Source: Squalus acanthias
Lineage: Eukaryota
Length of the DNA stretch: 64,000 nt
Assembly: GCA_030390025.1 (NCBI GenBank)
Contig: CM059432.1
Coordinates: 29,080,001 to 29,144,000, forward strand
Reading direction: 5' to 3'
Below the pieces are notes generated by a model. The model was not told where the DNA came from and did no database searches. It was given only the letters and a program-made list of their open reading frames with translations. Positions 23,969-35,049 of the stretch are shown here, one piece after another. The translations under genes and the position numbers were made by a program. Every line of letters begins with the position of its first letter. Position 1 is the stretch's first letter.

Positions 23969-24841
23969 TATATCTTTGTTGAGAGTTATGAAATATCTCC
24001 TTAAATGTCTGCCACTGCTTATCTACCGTCTTACCGTTTAACCTATTTTCCCAGTCCCCTTTAGCCAACTCTGTCTTCATACCTTTGTGATTGCCTTTAT
24101 TTAAGTTTAAGACACTTGTTTCAGACCCAAGTTTCTCACCCTCAAACTGAATGTGAAATTCTATCATGTTATGATAATTCTTCCCTCGAGGATCCTTAAC
24201 TATGAGATCATTAAGAAATCCTGTTTCATTACACGTTACCAGATCTAAAATAGTCTGTTCCCTGGTTGGTTCCACAACATATTGTTCTAAGAAACCATCC
24301 CAAATACACTATGAACTCGTCCTCAAGGCTACCTTTGCTAATTTGATTTGTCCAATCTATATGAATATTAAAATCATCCATGATTATTGCAGTACCTTTC
24401 TTACAAGCCTCCATTATTTCTTGATTTATACTCTGTCCTACAGTATAGCTACTGTTAGGGGGCCTATAGACTACTCCCACCATTAACTTCTTTCCCTTGC
24501 TATTTCTTATCTCCACCCAAACTGATTCTACATCTTGATCTTCCAAGACAAGATCATTTCTCACTACTGTACTGATCTCATCCTGAAGCGCTCTTGCAGA
24601 GAGCCGGCACGGGTTCAACAGGCCGAATGGCCTTCTTCTGCGTTGTAACCATGCTATAATTTTATGATTCTATATTAGCTGTCTCCAGGAGTGCAAGGAG
24701 GGTGGGGGTTGTGGGTAGCTGGAGGCTGGGGCTTCCTCACCCTCAACCTGTTTCCATCATATCCCCCTCCTACCCTCCCTTTTTATCTGTTTCCCTCAAA
24801 GAGGCTTTCTTTACTTTCAAAATGTAACTTTAAAATTCAGT

Positions 24842-25707
24842 GAGGGAAAAATTCCGTTGCTTTGCGCCTCCCGTTAATGGGTTGCAAAGCAATTAGCGCC
24901 TGGGCGCAGCGATGTTTGCGCCACTCAGGAAACTGACCAGACATTTTGCGGCGGCGCTAAACACTGCCACCACGATCTCCTGCGCCCGCAGATCGTGACG
25001 TCAGTCGAGCATGCAACACCCCAGTAGCGCCCCAGACTGGATATTGAGTGGTGCCCCCTGCCTTACCACCTGCCGCTAGTAACGACAGGTCGAGGGGAAC
25101 GTTTTGCAGTCGGGAAGGGACTGGGGGATGGCTATTTAAAGGTGACCACTTCCTGACTTTTTTTGTCGGCGACATTTTTGCACCACGCATTCTGAGAGAG
25201 AGAGAGAGACTTCTGGAGAGATTCAACGCTGTGTGAAGGAGTTTTGGGTACTGAGCTGCACTTTGCAGGTTCATTTTGATTTGTCCTTCCTTGCATCAAT
25301 TTAGAAGAGACTCTGGGGGCTGCACTCTGAGCTCTTTCCCTAGGTCTCTCCATTGTTCTTTCCAGCAGAATTGATGTACAGGTCTCTCCAGGCCGAGATT
25401 CAAGGCTGCAATAAGTAGGGTGTGGATGGAGAGCAAGATCGACCCTCCCCTTTAAGAACTGGCCGGCACCAGTGTGTCTGTGTTCCATTGCTGACTGACA
25501 TCACATGAGCTTCGCCAGCGCTCTGAGTTAGCATCTCGCTCCTCGGCGTTAGTGCCTTAAGAGAGGTGTGTAGCACCTGATTTAGCGCTCCAATCACCTC
25601 CAGCTGTGATAGAAGTCAAGTTTGCGGTCGGAGGCGATAATTAGCGCCATAAACTGCGCCCGGCTGATAATTGCGCCCCAAATGGGGTGATACCGAATTT
25701 CACCCCC
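24842..25707. mobile_element. GC-rich non-autonomous Harbinger-like element related to family B
   Basis: Imperfect TIR GAGGGAAAAATTC / GAATTTCACCCCC; TSD AGT; subterminal GTTGCTTTGCGCCTCC and TTAGCGCC motifs shared with family B. Confidence 0.75.
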
Positions 25708-26163
25708 AGTATCTCTGCGCATGTGTCTGTCTCTGATTCTCTCTCTGTCTTATAGGCATGAAATGTATACAATTAGCATTTACCTTTTTTAACTACTAAT
25801 GAGACACAGATCAGATAGTTGACTTCATAATTCAACTATTATTTTAGGAATGGAACTAACCTTAGCTTGAGGAAGGACTCATATACACAGATGCACGCAA
25901 CCTTTCTTTCTGACCACAATCTCTCTCTCCTTCAGCTTAATACACATTTTGTAAGCAAAATAAAAGCTTCAAAAGTGTGTAATGGATACCCTATTTTCTC
26001 TCTCTCTGGACATTCGAGCTAATAAATTGTCTGTAGTGTTATATACCGTCAGTTGATCAATATAGGTTTTATGTACAAGGTGACAATGGAGTTGGGAAAG
26101 ATACTTAAGAAATTTGCCGCAACTACATGGTGACAGCTGACACAAATATGCTGGGAGCGTAAA

Positions 26164-28662
26164 ATGGGCAGTGGAGGGCAGACAGGGAGTAAAATAGAGG
26201 TTGGGGAGGGCATCACGAGGGAAATTAGAGAAGCGTGCAATAAGAGCACAGCTGTCATCATAGGTGACTTTAACTTACATATAGATTGGAATAGCCTAAT
26301 CAGTAAAAATAATGAGGAGGAGGAATTCCTTGAGTGTTTAAGGGATGGTTATCTGGATCAATATGTCGAGGAACCAACTCGGGAACAGGCTATATTGGAC
26401 TGGGTACTGTGCAATGAGAAGGGACTAATTAGTAATCTTGTTGTACGGGGACCCTTGGGTCAGAGCGATCATAACATGATCGATTTCTCACTCGAAATGG
26501 AGAGCGAAGAAATTGACTCAGATACTAAGGTCCTGAATTTAAACAAGGGGAATTATGATGCCATTAGACGGGAACTGAGTAGGTCTGATTGGACAACGTT
26601 CCTGGGAGGACTGGAGGTAGATAAACAATGGCAAGCATTTAAAGATAGAATGACAAAATTGCAAAAATTGTTTATACCAATCTGGCATAAAAGGAAATCT
26701 AAAAAGGTGACTCAACCGTGGATAACAGGGGAAATTAGAGACAGCATAAAATCCAAAGATAGGGCGTATAAAATAGCCAAAAAAAGCGCCAGAGCGGAAG
26801 ATTGGGAACAGTTTAAGATAGAGCAAAGGAGGACAAAGGGCTTAATCAAGAGGGGCAAAATAGCTTACGAAAGCAAGCTGGCGGAAAATATAAAAACTAA
26901 CTCCAAAAGCTTTTATAAGTATATCAAGAGGAAAAGACTGGTGAAAACCAAAGTTGGCCCATTGCAGTCAGATACGGGGGAATATATAACGGGAAATAAG
27001 GAAATGGCAGACCAACTAAATGCATACTTTGGGTCAGTCTTTACGAAGGAAGACACAAAAAACCTCCCTGGGATATCGGGAAAAATAGGGACATTTGCAA
27101 AGGAGGAACTGACGCAAGTCAATATCTCTAAGGATATGGTGTTAAGGAAGCTAAAGGGATTGAAGGCAGACAAATCCCCAGGGCCTGATAACATGCATCC
27201 TAGGGTGCTGAAGGAGGTGGCCCTAGAGATAGCGGATGCACTAAGTATGATTTTTCAGAATTCATTAGACTCGGGAACAGTGCCCATGGATTGGAGGGTA
27301 GCTAACGTTACCCCACTATTCAAAAAGGGGGGTAGGGAAAAAGCAGGTAATTACAGACCTGTAAGCCTTACATCAGTTGTGGGCAAAATGCTGGAGTCCA
27401 TCATTAAGGATGAAATAGCGGAGCACTTAGCAAATGGGGACAGGATAGGACAGAGTCAACATGGATTTACAAAGGGTAAATCGTGCTTGACTAATCTATT
27501 GGAATTTTTTGAGGGAGTAACTGGTAAAATAGATGGGGGAGAGCCAGTAGATGTGGTGTACCTGGACTTCCAAAAGGCCTTCGATAAGGTCCCACATAAA
27601 AGATTAGCAGGGAAAATTGAAGCTCATGGGATAAAGGGGAAAGTATTGACGTGGATAGAGAACTGGCTGTCAGATAGAAAACAGAGAGTTGGAATAAACG
27701 GCTCATTTTCTGAATGGCAGGCAGTAACAAGTGGGGTACCACAGGGATCTGTCCTGGGTCCCCAGCTGTTCACAATTTACATTAATGACCTGGATCAGGG
27801 AGTCGGATGCAGCATTTCCAAATTTGCAGACGACACTAAACTAGGAGGGGGGGTGGGCTCAGAGGAGGAGACCAGGAAGCTCCAGAGCGATTTGGACAGA
27901 CTGGGTGATTGGGCGGATAAATGGCAGATGCACTATAATGTGGACAAGTGCGAAGTTATCCACCTTGGGTGCAGGAACGGGAGGGCAAATTATTATTTAA
28001 ATGGCAATAAATTGGGAGAGGGGGAAGTACAGAGAGACCTGGGTGTTCTTGTACACCAGTCACTGAAGGCGAGCATGCAGGTGCAACAGGCGATCAAGAA
28101 GGCAAACGGTATGCTGGCCTTCATAGCAAAAGGGTTGGAATACAGGAACAGGGATACCTTGCTGCAGCTGTACAGGGCACTGGTGAGACCACACCTCGAG
28201 TACTGTGTACAGTTTTGGTCGCCTCATCTGAGGAAAGATGTTCTTGCCATGGAGGGGGTGCAGCGGCGATTCACCAGGCTGATACCAGGAATGGCGGGAT
28301 TGACCTATGAGGAGAGACTATGTAGTTTAGGGATGTACACACTGGAGTTTAGAAGATTGAGAGGGGACCTCATAGAAGTGTATAAAATTCTGACAGGTCT
28401 AGACAGACTAGATGCAGAAGGAATGTTTCCCTTGGCGGGTGAGAACAGAACTAGAGGACATCATTTAAGGATAAGGGCTAAACCATTTAGGACAGAAATG
28501 AGGGGGAATTTCTTCACTCAGAGGGTGGTGAACCTGTGGAACTCATTGCCACAGAGGGCAGTGTACGCCAGCTCATTAAATATATTTAAGAGGGAATTAG
28601 ATATATTTCTACAGGCAAAAGGGGTTAAGGGTTACGGAGAGAAGGCGGGGACGGGATACTGA
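26164..28662 (+). CDS. CR1 ORF2, uninterrupted 832 aa, 5'-truncated within the APE domain (element about 26187-28759)
   Basis: [46 protein letters not shown] and the full C-terminus; 3' UTR and (TCTATGTA)n tail to 28759. The first few residues come from flanking DNA. Confidence 0.95.
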   Translation: MGSGGQTGSKIEVGEGITREIREACNKSTAVIIGDFNLHIDWNSLISKNNEEEEFLECLRDGYLDQYVEEPTREQAILDWVLCNEKGLISNLVVRGPLGQSDHNMIDFSLEMESEEIDSDTKVLNLNKGNYDAIRRELSRSDWTTFLGGLEVDKQWQAFKDRMTKLQKLFIPIWHKRKSKKVTQPWITGEIRDSIKSKDRAYKIAKKSARAEDWEQFKIEQRRTKGLIKRGKIAYESKLAENIKTNSKSFYKYIKRKRLVKTKVGPLQSDTGEYITGNKEMADQLNAYFGSVFTKEDTKNLPGISGKIGTFAKEELTQVNISKDMVLRKLKGLKADKSPGPDNMHPRVLKEVALEIADALSMIFQNSLDSGTVPMDWRVANVTPLFKKGGREKAGNYRPVSLTSVVGKMLESIIKDEIAEHLANGDRIGQSQHGFTKGKSCLTNLLEFFEGVTGKIDGGEPVDVVYLDFQKAFDKVPHKRLAGKIEAHGIKGKVLTWIENWLSDRKQRVGINGSFSEWQAVTSGVPQGSVLGPQLFTIYINDLDQGVGCSISKFADDTKLGGGVGSEEETRKLQSDLDRLGDWADKWQMHYNVDKCEVIHLGCRNGRANYYLNGNKLGEGEVQRDLGVLVHQSLKASMQVQQAIKKANGMLAFIAKGLEYRNRDTLLQLYRALVRPHLEYCVQFWSPHLRKDVLAMEGVQRRFTRLIPGMAGLTYEERLCSLGMYTLEFRRLRGDLIEVYKILTGLDRLDAEGMFPLAGENRTRGHHLRIRAKPFRTEMRGNFFTQRVVNLWNSLPQRAVYASSLNIFKRELDIFLQAKGVKGYGEKAGTGY

Positions 28663-29080
28663 ATTGGAGGATCAGCCATGATCTCATTAAATGGCGGAGC
28701 AGGCTCGAAGGGCCGGATGGCCTACTCCTGCTCCTATCTTCTATGTATCTATGTATCTAGGAGAACCACTCACTCTTAGTCCTCCCAAGTGGTGCGGGCA
28801 AAACAGGACAATGACCTGGTATAAATGGGTCCCATTCCAATTTCTGACCCCCACAGCCCCTCCCCTTTCCCCTGCACTGATAATGACCCTACTACAGTGT
28901 TAACCCTGAAGAAATTCAGAATTAAACTTTCAACAATGGCAGGTGTCTATAACAGATGATATGCACGCCACCCTTTCTATTGACTTCAGGTGGGGTGTAT
29001 AATGGGCAGCTTATCCAACACCCACCATTTAACACTCCCACCGAAGTTGCTTTAAAACTGTTCTCAGTGGTTATAATAAA

Positions 29081-29702
29081 ATAAGAGCATAAGAAATAGG
29101 AGCAGGAATAGGCCACTTGGCCCCTCGAGCCTGCTCCACCATTCAATAAGATCATGGCTGATCTTGGGCTCAAAGCCACTTCCCAGCCCGCTCCCCTATA
29201 ACCCTTCACTCCCTTATCTTGCAAAAATTTGTCTATCTCCACTTTAAATGTATTTAATGACCCAGCCTCCACAGCTCTCTGGGGCAGAGAATTCCACAAA
29301 TTTACGACCCTCTGAGAGAAGAAGCTCCTCCTCATCTCAGTTCTAAAAGTCCCTTTATTCTGAGACTGTCTCTCTGAGTTCTAGATTTCCCCATGAGGGG
29401 AAACATCCTCTCTGCATCTACCCTGTCGAGCCCCCTCAGTATCTTATATGTTTCGATAAGATCACCTCTCATTCTTCTAAATTCCAATGAGTATAGGCCC
29501 AGCCTGGTCAACCTTTCCTCATAAGTGAAACCCCTCATCTCTGGAATTAACCTCGTGAATCGTCTCTGAACTGCCTCCAATGCAAGTATATCCTTCCTTA
29601 AATAAGGAGACCAAAACTGTAGGCAGTACTCAAGGTGTGGTCTCACCAATACCCTGTACAGTTGTAGCAGGACTTCCCTGCTTTTATACTCCAACCCCCT
29701 TG
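29081..29702 (-). mobile_element. CR1 3' fragment
   Basis: ORFs 28922-29335 and 29332-29694; (TTCTTATG)n-type tail. Confidence 0.9.
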
Positions 29703-30339
29703 AAATATTATGTAGTGTAGGGAAGCATGTTGATTAATTCTTAAAACAACATTATGCAATATTCTTGGCATAATGGGGTTCATTTTATGAGTTTATGTAT
29801 CCTTATGTTACGGAGAACATAAGGGAAATTAATTTTAATGGATGCAAAATTGTGGGCAGTGCCCACCTAAATTTCCATCATGTGCGCCTAATGCCAATGG
29901 CACAAACTAGCAAAATCTGTCCTTACATGCAGCAGCACTTGGTTCCCATTCTGCTGTTCCCTGTTGATATGAACCATAGGGTTACACTAGTGTCTTGCTG
30001 TTGCACAGCAAAGGATGTCAGTTCATCATTTGCTAAACATATTTGTCACTCCAAGTTTAGGACAGACGTTATGAAGTATTTGTTTTACACTGAGGGAGAT
30101 AAACAGCTGGAAGGGGTTGTCAGGAGGAATGTTTTTTTAATTCATTCTGAGGATTCATTAGTAGTCCAGTAACATAACCACTATACTACTGTACCCTTTG
30201 GTTGAGACTAGGGCACTGGAGTCATGTAAGAAATAGGTGCTCCAGTAGTGAAGTAGGATTAATATTCTGGAAGCATGAAGGGCTTGCTTCAACCAAACTT
30301 ATCTTGTGTTATTGGTGTCAATCGACAAACATTTTCTAC

Positions 30340-30556
30340 TGGGGAAAGTGAGGGATGAATCATTGGATAGCGATCAGGAACAAGAGGCTGAACTATGATT
30401 TCCCCTTCACCCATCCCAATGGCACTGAGGTCAGTTGCAGCACCCACACCTCCAACCAGCTGAGATCAGCTAACTCAGCACAGACTGGGGTCAAACATGT
30501 AACCTTCCTGGACCATACAGCTCAGTACTAATTTAAACAGTGCATTTACCACCTGA
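30340..30556 (-). mobile_element. Old tRNA-headed SINE (family S3)
   Basis: Minus strand CCAGGAAGGTT...GTCTGTGCTGAGTTAGCTGATCTCAGC, shared with remnants near 36200 and 57260. Confidence 0.55.
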
Positions 30557-31164
30557 ATGTTCACCCGTGGAGGGGGAATTTCCTGATAGTTTACATGATT
30601 GGCAGTGGAATAAGGTTTCAATTATTTTTTTTTGCTGACAAATGCAAGTATCTTATAATAGTGCTGAAGTAATTTGAATTAATCCTTATTTGTCTTAGAG
30701 AATTAAGTGTCACTACGCTAAAATGTGCATTAAGTGCAGGCACTAAATCCAGTTAATTTTCTTAATTATCGAAAAGGGATTTATTAAAAAAGTTGAACAA
30801 AATTAAGTTGGCCAGCTTGGAAGCTGAAAGCTAAGCTTCTCTTCCTACTCAAGCTGAACTCTCCCCTACATAGTTTACAGAACTCCACCAATATGGGAGA
30901 CTTTCTTTTTTCAATGGGGATATGAAATGCCATACATCTGCCATGGCTGGGCAGAGAGCTGACCTTGGCCAATGCAAGCCCTCAGGTAATCTGACTGAAA
31001 GTGACTTTCCTTGGATGTATCTCTTTTTCTGCTGCCATTTTCCATCCATTCACCACTTCACCAAGGGAATTAGGGCAAGATTTGGGAACTCCATGGAGGA
31101 TAGGGTTTAAAGCTGCCTGCCTCCACTCCGTGGCAATGGCTAGTGATTCTGTAGCACAGGTGTC

Positions 31165-31545
31165 GGCCTTGGCTCAGCGGCAGCACTCTCGCATCTGAGT
31201 AAAACGGTCAAGTTGTACTCCAGAGACTTGAGCACATAATCTAGGCGCGGTGTTTCAGATGAGACATTTAAACTGAGGCCCTGTCTGCCCTCTCAGGTGG
31301 ATGTGGAAGATTTGAAGAAGAGCAAGGAAGATGTCCTGGCCAACATCTATCCCTCAACCAATATCATTGCGCCAGATTATCTGCTCATTTATCTCATTGC
31401 TGATGGTGGGAGCTTGCTGTGCACAAATTGGCTGTTGTGTTTCCCTACATTACAACAGTGACTACACTTGAAAAGTAATTCATTGACTGTGAAATGCTTT
31501 AGGACGTCCTAAGGTCACAACAAGGTGCTTATAAATGCTAATTCT
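31165..31545 (+). mobile_element. Deu-domain SINE (SacSINE1/AmnSINE1-like), internally deleted
   Basis: tRNA-like head, CAGATGAGACATTTAAACTGAGGCCC Deu-like core and an L2-like tail; assigned from recalled consensus. Confidence 0.7.
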
Positions 31546-31579
31546 TCTGCACTAGCCTAGAAAATACAGTTGGCATAAT

Positions 31580-33131
31580 GGCCTGGATTTAGCAGTCAGC
31601 GGCGAAGGAACGGCACTCACTGTTCATTACGCTTACAGTTGCCCACAGACGTTTTGTGGGCTTTTGAGCGGCAACTTAGGGTCATCGAGCATATGAAACA
31701 GCGCGACGCCCTCTACAGGAGAATCTGGGACCTGTGGTGAATGGGCAAGCAACAGCGTGTCTTTTCAACCAATCAGATTGAAGAATCCTCACTGAGGCAC
31801 TCAGGGGTAAAAATTGAGTCGCGCCCCATTTGGGGCGCTAACCTCGCCGGGGCGCGACTTTTAGCGCCCCGAAAAAATTAGCGGCCCCGCGCCGGAACTT
31901 CAGTGGTTGCGCCCCAAGAGGGAAGCGGGGCGCAACTGGAAGCACCCCGCATCCCTCTTGGGGCGCTGCGAGTGAATATCCTGGCGTTACGTGCCGCAGC
32001 GCCACGCGCTGCGGCACGTCGCGCCGCGGTATTGCAGGCCTTCCTCCCCTTCTTAAAGGGGAGGGGCCTTGCGCAGCGCGAACCGGGGCCCAGCTGGGCT
32101 CCCAGGGATCGGGAGTGCCGGCAAAAGAGCCCGGCACTCAAGAGAAGTGCCGGGCTCTTGGAGCGCAGCCGGCACTTCACGGTGGGGGGGCTTCACGGGG
32201 GCCGGGGACAGCAACGGGGGCAGGTGCTGGCAGGCGGCCAGCAACAAAAATGGCCGCCTGCCACCTCCCCTTTAAATATCGCCGCCCCGGCCGCACGTAC
32301 GCCCCCCTGAACCCGTCGGACATAGCGTCTGGCGGTAAATCAGGGGGCGCGACTGAAGATCACGGCCGGGGCGCGAGCGGGGCGCTGCGCACGGCGATGA
32401 CGTCATCGCCGGCGGCGCAGCGCCACAGGGCGCTACCGGCTGCCGCCGCCGCTAACCTCCCACTAAATTTTTCGGGAGGCGTGGGCGGCGCTGCGCCCGG
32501 GCGTTAGCTGCTTTACGCCCCATTAGCGCCCATTTAAGGCGCTAACGGGAGGCGCAAGCAGCTGAATTTTTCCCCCTCAGAGTCTAAACCAGGAAGTTAG
32601 AATATTCAATTCAATGTAAAATCATGTACAGAAAGCAAAATAAAACGAGGGAAAGAGAGATGGGATTAAGAGAGAGAGAGAGAGATAAAAGAGACAAAAA
32701 TAAAAAAATAAAAACAATAAATTTCATTTTAATTTTTAAAAAATCTCCAACAATAATTAAAATCTCAAGGAATGATCTCCACACTTGTAAAAGTTAATTT
32801 TCAATGCTAGAGAGGTTGTTTGGCAGTAATTAAGACTTATCACGGCGTTAAAAATTCACTTGCACTTAAATGGACAAGCCGTAACTTTTTCTGCCATGTT
32901 AAGTGGGTAACTAGTGGGAAAGTACCGCAACTTCATGCCCTTACATGTATTTCAATGCGAGTCTATTGGCGAGGTACTAGTATAACGCAGCTTGCGGAGC
33001 AGAGTAAATTGGACAGCAACCTCCGGATTTTTGCGTTTAACTGCGCACGTGCAGAAGTTGCTGTCCGATTACTCCATAATAACGGTGAACGCTGATAGCC
33101 TCACCATTATTATTACTGCAGAATCCGTGGC
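31580..33131. mobile_element. MITE family D, host of a family B copy
   Basis: Imperfect TIR GGCCTGGATTTAGCAGT / ACTGCAGAATCCGTGGC; TSD AAT; interior resembles 50204-51529 in the opposite orientation. Confidence 0.7.
31804..32576. mobile_element. GC-rich MITE family B, copy 2
   Basis: TIR GGGGTAAAAATT / AATTTTTCCCCC; TSD TCA. Confidence 0.92.
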
Positions 33132-33611
33132 AATGTGTTATAGACAGTTCTTTGTATGCTACTTCAATGGATGTGGTGTTAATTTAAAACAAATTGGTTA
33201 CAATACTGGAGAGCCTGGAGGTATACGAATACATAAAGTGTTAGTATCTAGATTGTTGTGCCTTGATCTGTGATAATGAGCACATTTTTCTTCTTAAACA
33301 TTGAGAATTTCTGTCTTTGAGGGTTTTCTGTTTAATACGATGGACATTGTTTCACATCTTCCACACCATTTCAGGTACCGTAATTACTATTTGCGCTGCT
33401 TCGTTGACTCTCGATCTGTTAGTTAGTCCTCTGTGCTTTATAATGTGCTGAAGCAGAGTGCTTTCTCTCACTGTAAAGGGACATAACACTTCAATTTGCT
33501 GCTGATTTGGTGGCAGAATCGGAAAGATTGTGAGCTTTTATCTGGTACGGTGGGCACAGGGGTGGCATCAGGTGAAACCATCGGCAAACACAGATGAGAG
33601 AGGCCCCTCCT

Positions 33612-33987
33612 CAGTGGTGTAGTGGTTATGTTCTTGGCATAGACAATCCATAGACCTGGACTAATTAATCCAGAAAATGTGAGTTCAAATCTGTTTGAGA
33701 ATTTGACTTCAGTTAAAAATCTGGAAATAATTCCAAAAAAAAGGTACCATGAAACTGTCAAATTGTTGTAAAAACTGCACTGGTTCACTGTTGTCCTTTA
33801 GGGAAGGAAACCTACAATCCTTACCCACTCTGGCCAATCCCACACCAACATGGTTGACTTTTAACTGACCTTTGAAGTGGCCTAGCAAATTACTTAGTTG
33901 TATTAAAGCACTAGAAGAAGGCCCGCCATCTTCTCAGGACAACTAGGAACGGACAATAAATGTCGGCTTTGCCAGTGATGCCCACAT
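33612..33987 (+). mobile_element. tRNA-headed SINE with a 3' tail matching LINE family L-B
   Basis: Head AGTGGTGTAGTGGTT...GAGTTCAAATC; tail AAGAAGGCCCGCCATCTTCTCAGGACAACTAGGAACGGACAATAAATGTCGGCTTTGCCAGTGATGCCCACAT aligns to 12328-12408. Confidence 0.75.
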
Positions 33988-33989
33988 TG

Positions 33990-34278
33990 CTGTTTTCACT
34001 GGCAGTGGGTCAGTAACTAGAGGACACAGATTTAAGATAATTGGCAAAAGAACCAGAGGGGGATGAGGACATTTTTTTACGCAGCGAGTTGGTAGAAGCA
34101 GATTTAATAGTAGCTTTCAAAAAGGGAATTGGATAAATACTTGAAAAGGAAACATTTTCTGGGCTATGAGGAAAGAGCAGGCCAATGGGAGTAATTGGAT
34201 AGCTCTTTCAAAGAGCCAGTACAGACATGATGGGACAAATGGCTTCCTTCTGTGCTGTCTGATTCTATTATTCTATGA
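33990..34278 (+). mobile_element. CR1 3' fragment
   Basis: TRGHRFKIIGKRTRG, 3' UTR and GATTCTAT tail. Confidence 0.85.
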
Positions 34279-34423
34279 TCCCAAGAATGAATTAAACATT
34301 TTTTAATGAGGCTCCCACATTCCAGCAGTATGAGCCTCCTGATTCCCCCAGCATTGCCTAGTCAAGAATATGCAATTCTGTCCCAAATTTTCTACCCCTC
34401 TCCTGCACCTGGCACACAAATAT

Positions 34424-35049
34424 TGGAGCTGATCGAGCGTGGTCAAAGCTTCGATGCTGGGGATGTTGGCCTGAGCGAGAACACTGACGTTGGTGCGCCT
34501 ATCTGCCAATGGATTTTCAGAATCTTGCGGAGGCAGCGTTGGTGGTACCTCTCCAGTGCTTTGAGGTGCCTGCTGTACATGGTCGACCACGCTCGATCAG
34601 CTCCGATGGACAGGCCACATCGTCCGCATGCCCGATACGAGACTCCCAAAACAAGCGCTCTACTCGGAGCTCCGACACGGCAAGAGAGCCCCAGGTGGGC
34701 AGAGGAAACGCTTCAAGGACACTCTCAAAGCCTCCTTGAAAAAGTGCAACATCCCCACCGACACCTGGGAAGCCCTGGACCAAGACCGCACAAAGTGGAG
34801 GAGAAGCATCCGGGAAGACGCCGAACGCCTCGAGTCTCTTCGCCGGGAGCATGCAGAAGCCAAGCGCAAACAGCGGAAGGAGCGCACGTCAACCCAAGCA
34901 CCCCACCCACCCGCCCCTTCAACCACCGCCTGCCCCACCTGTGACAGAGACTGTAGGTCCCGCATTGGACTCATCAGTCACCTGAGAACTCATTTTTAAT
35001 GTGGAAGCAAGTCATCCTCGGTTCCGAGGGACTGCCAAAGAAGAAGAAG
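34424..35049 (+). mobile_element. RTE-clade LINE 3' fragment with a 5' inversion
   Basis: Forward part 34585-35049: MPDTRLPKQALYSEL...GGQRKRFKDTLK...CPTCDRDCRSRIGLISHLRTH with an (AAG)n tail. Inverted part 34424-34584. TSD ACACAAATAT (34414-34423 and 35050-35059). Confidence 0.92.

Larger units (their letters stand above)
19206..24582 (-). mobile_element. CR1 (APE to 3' tail) inserted in the 3' UTR of the plus-strand CR1; hosts the Penelope element and the Tigger MITE
   Basis: Tail repeats at about 19203-19216 and 21464-21477; ORF2 pieces at 21954-23002 and 23919-24618; flanking CTGAA at 19201-19205 and 24583-24587. Confidence 0.85.
14210..24673 (+). mobile_element. Long decayed CR1 (ORF1 esterase end, ORF2 APE-RT, 3' UTR) split by three insertions
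   Basis: ORF1 SGNH-type esterase CLPGARV...VVHIGT.D...MNAW (14210-14650); APE VNARSV...ITETWL, YRPP, GDFN, SDH; RT at 17219-18208 and 18935-19205; the 3' UTR continues at 24583-24673. Confidence 0.88.
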
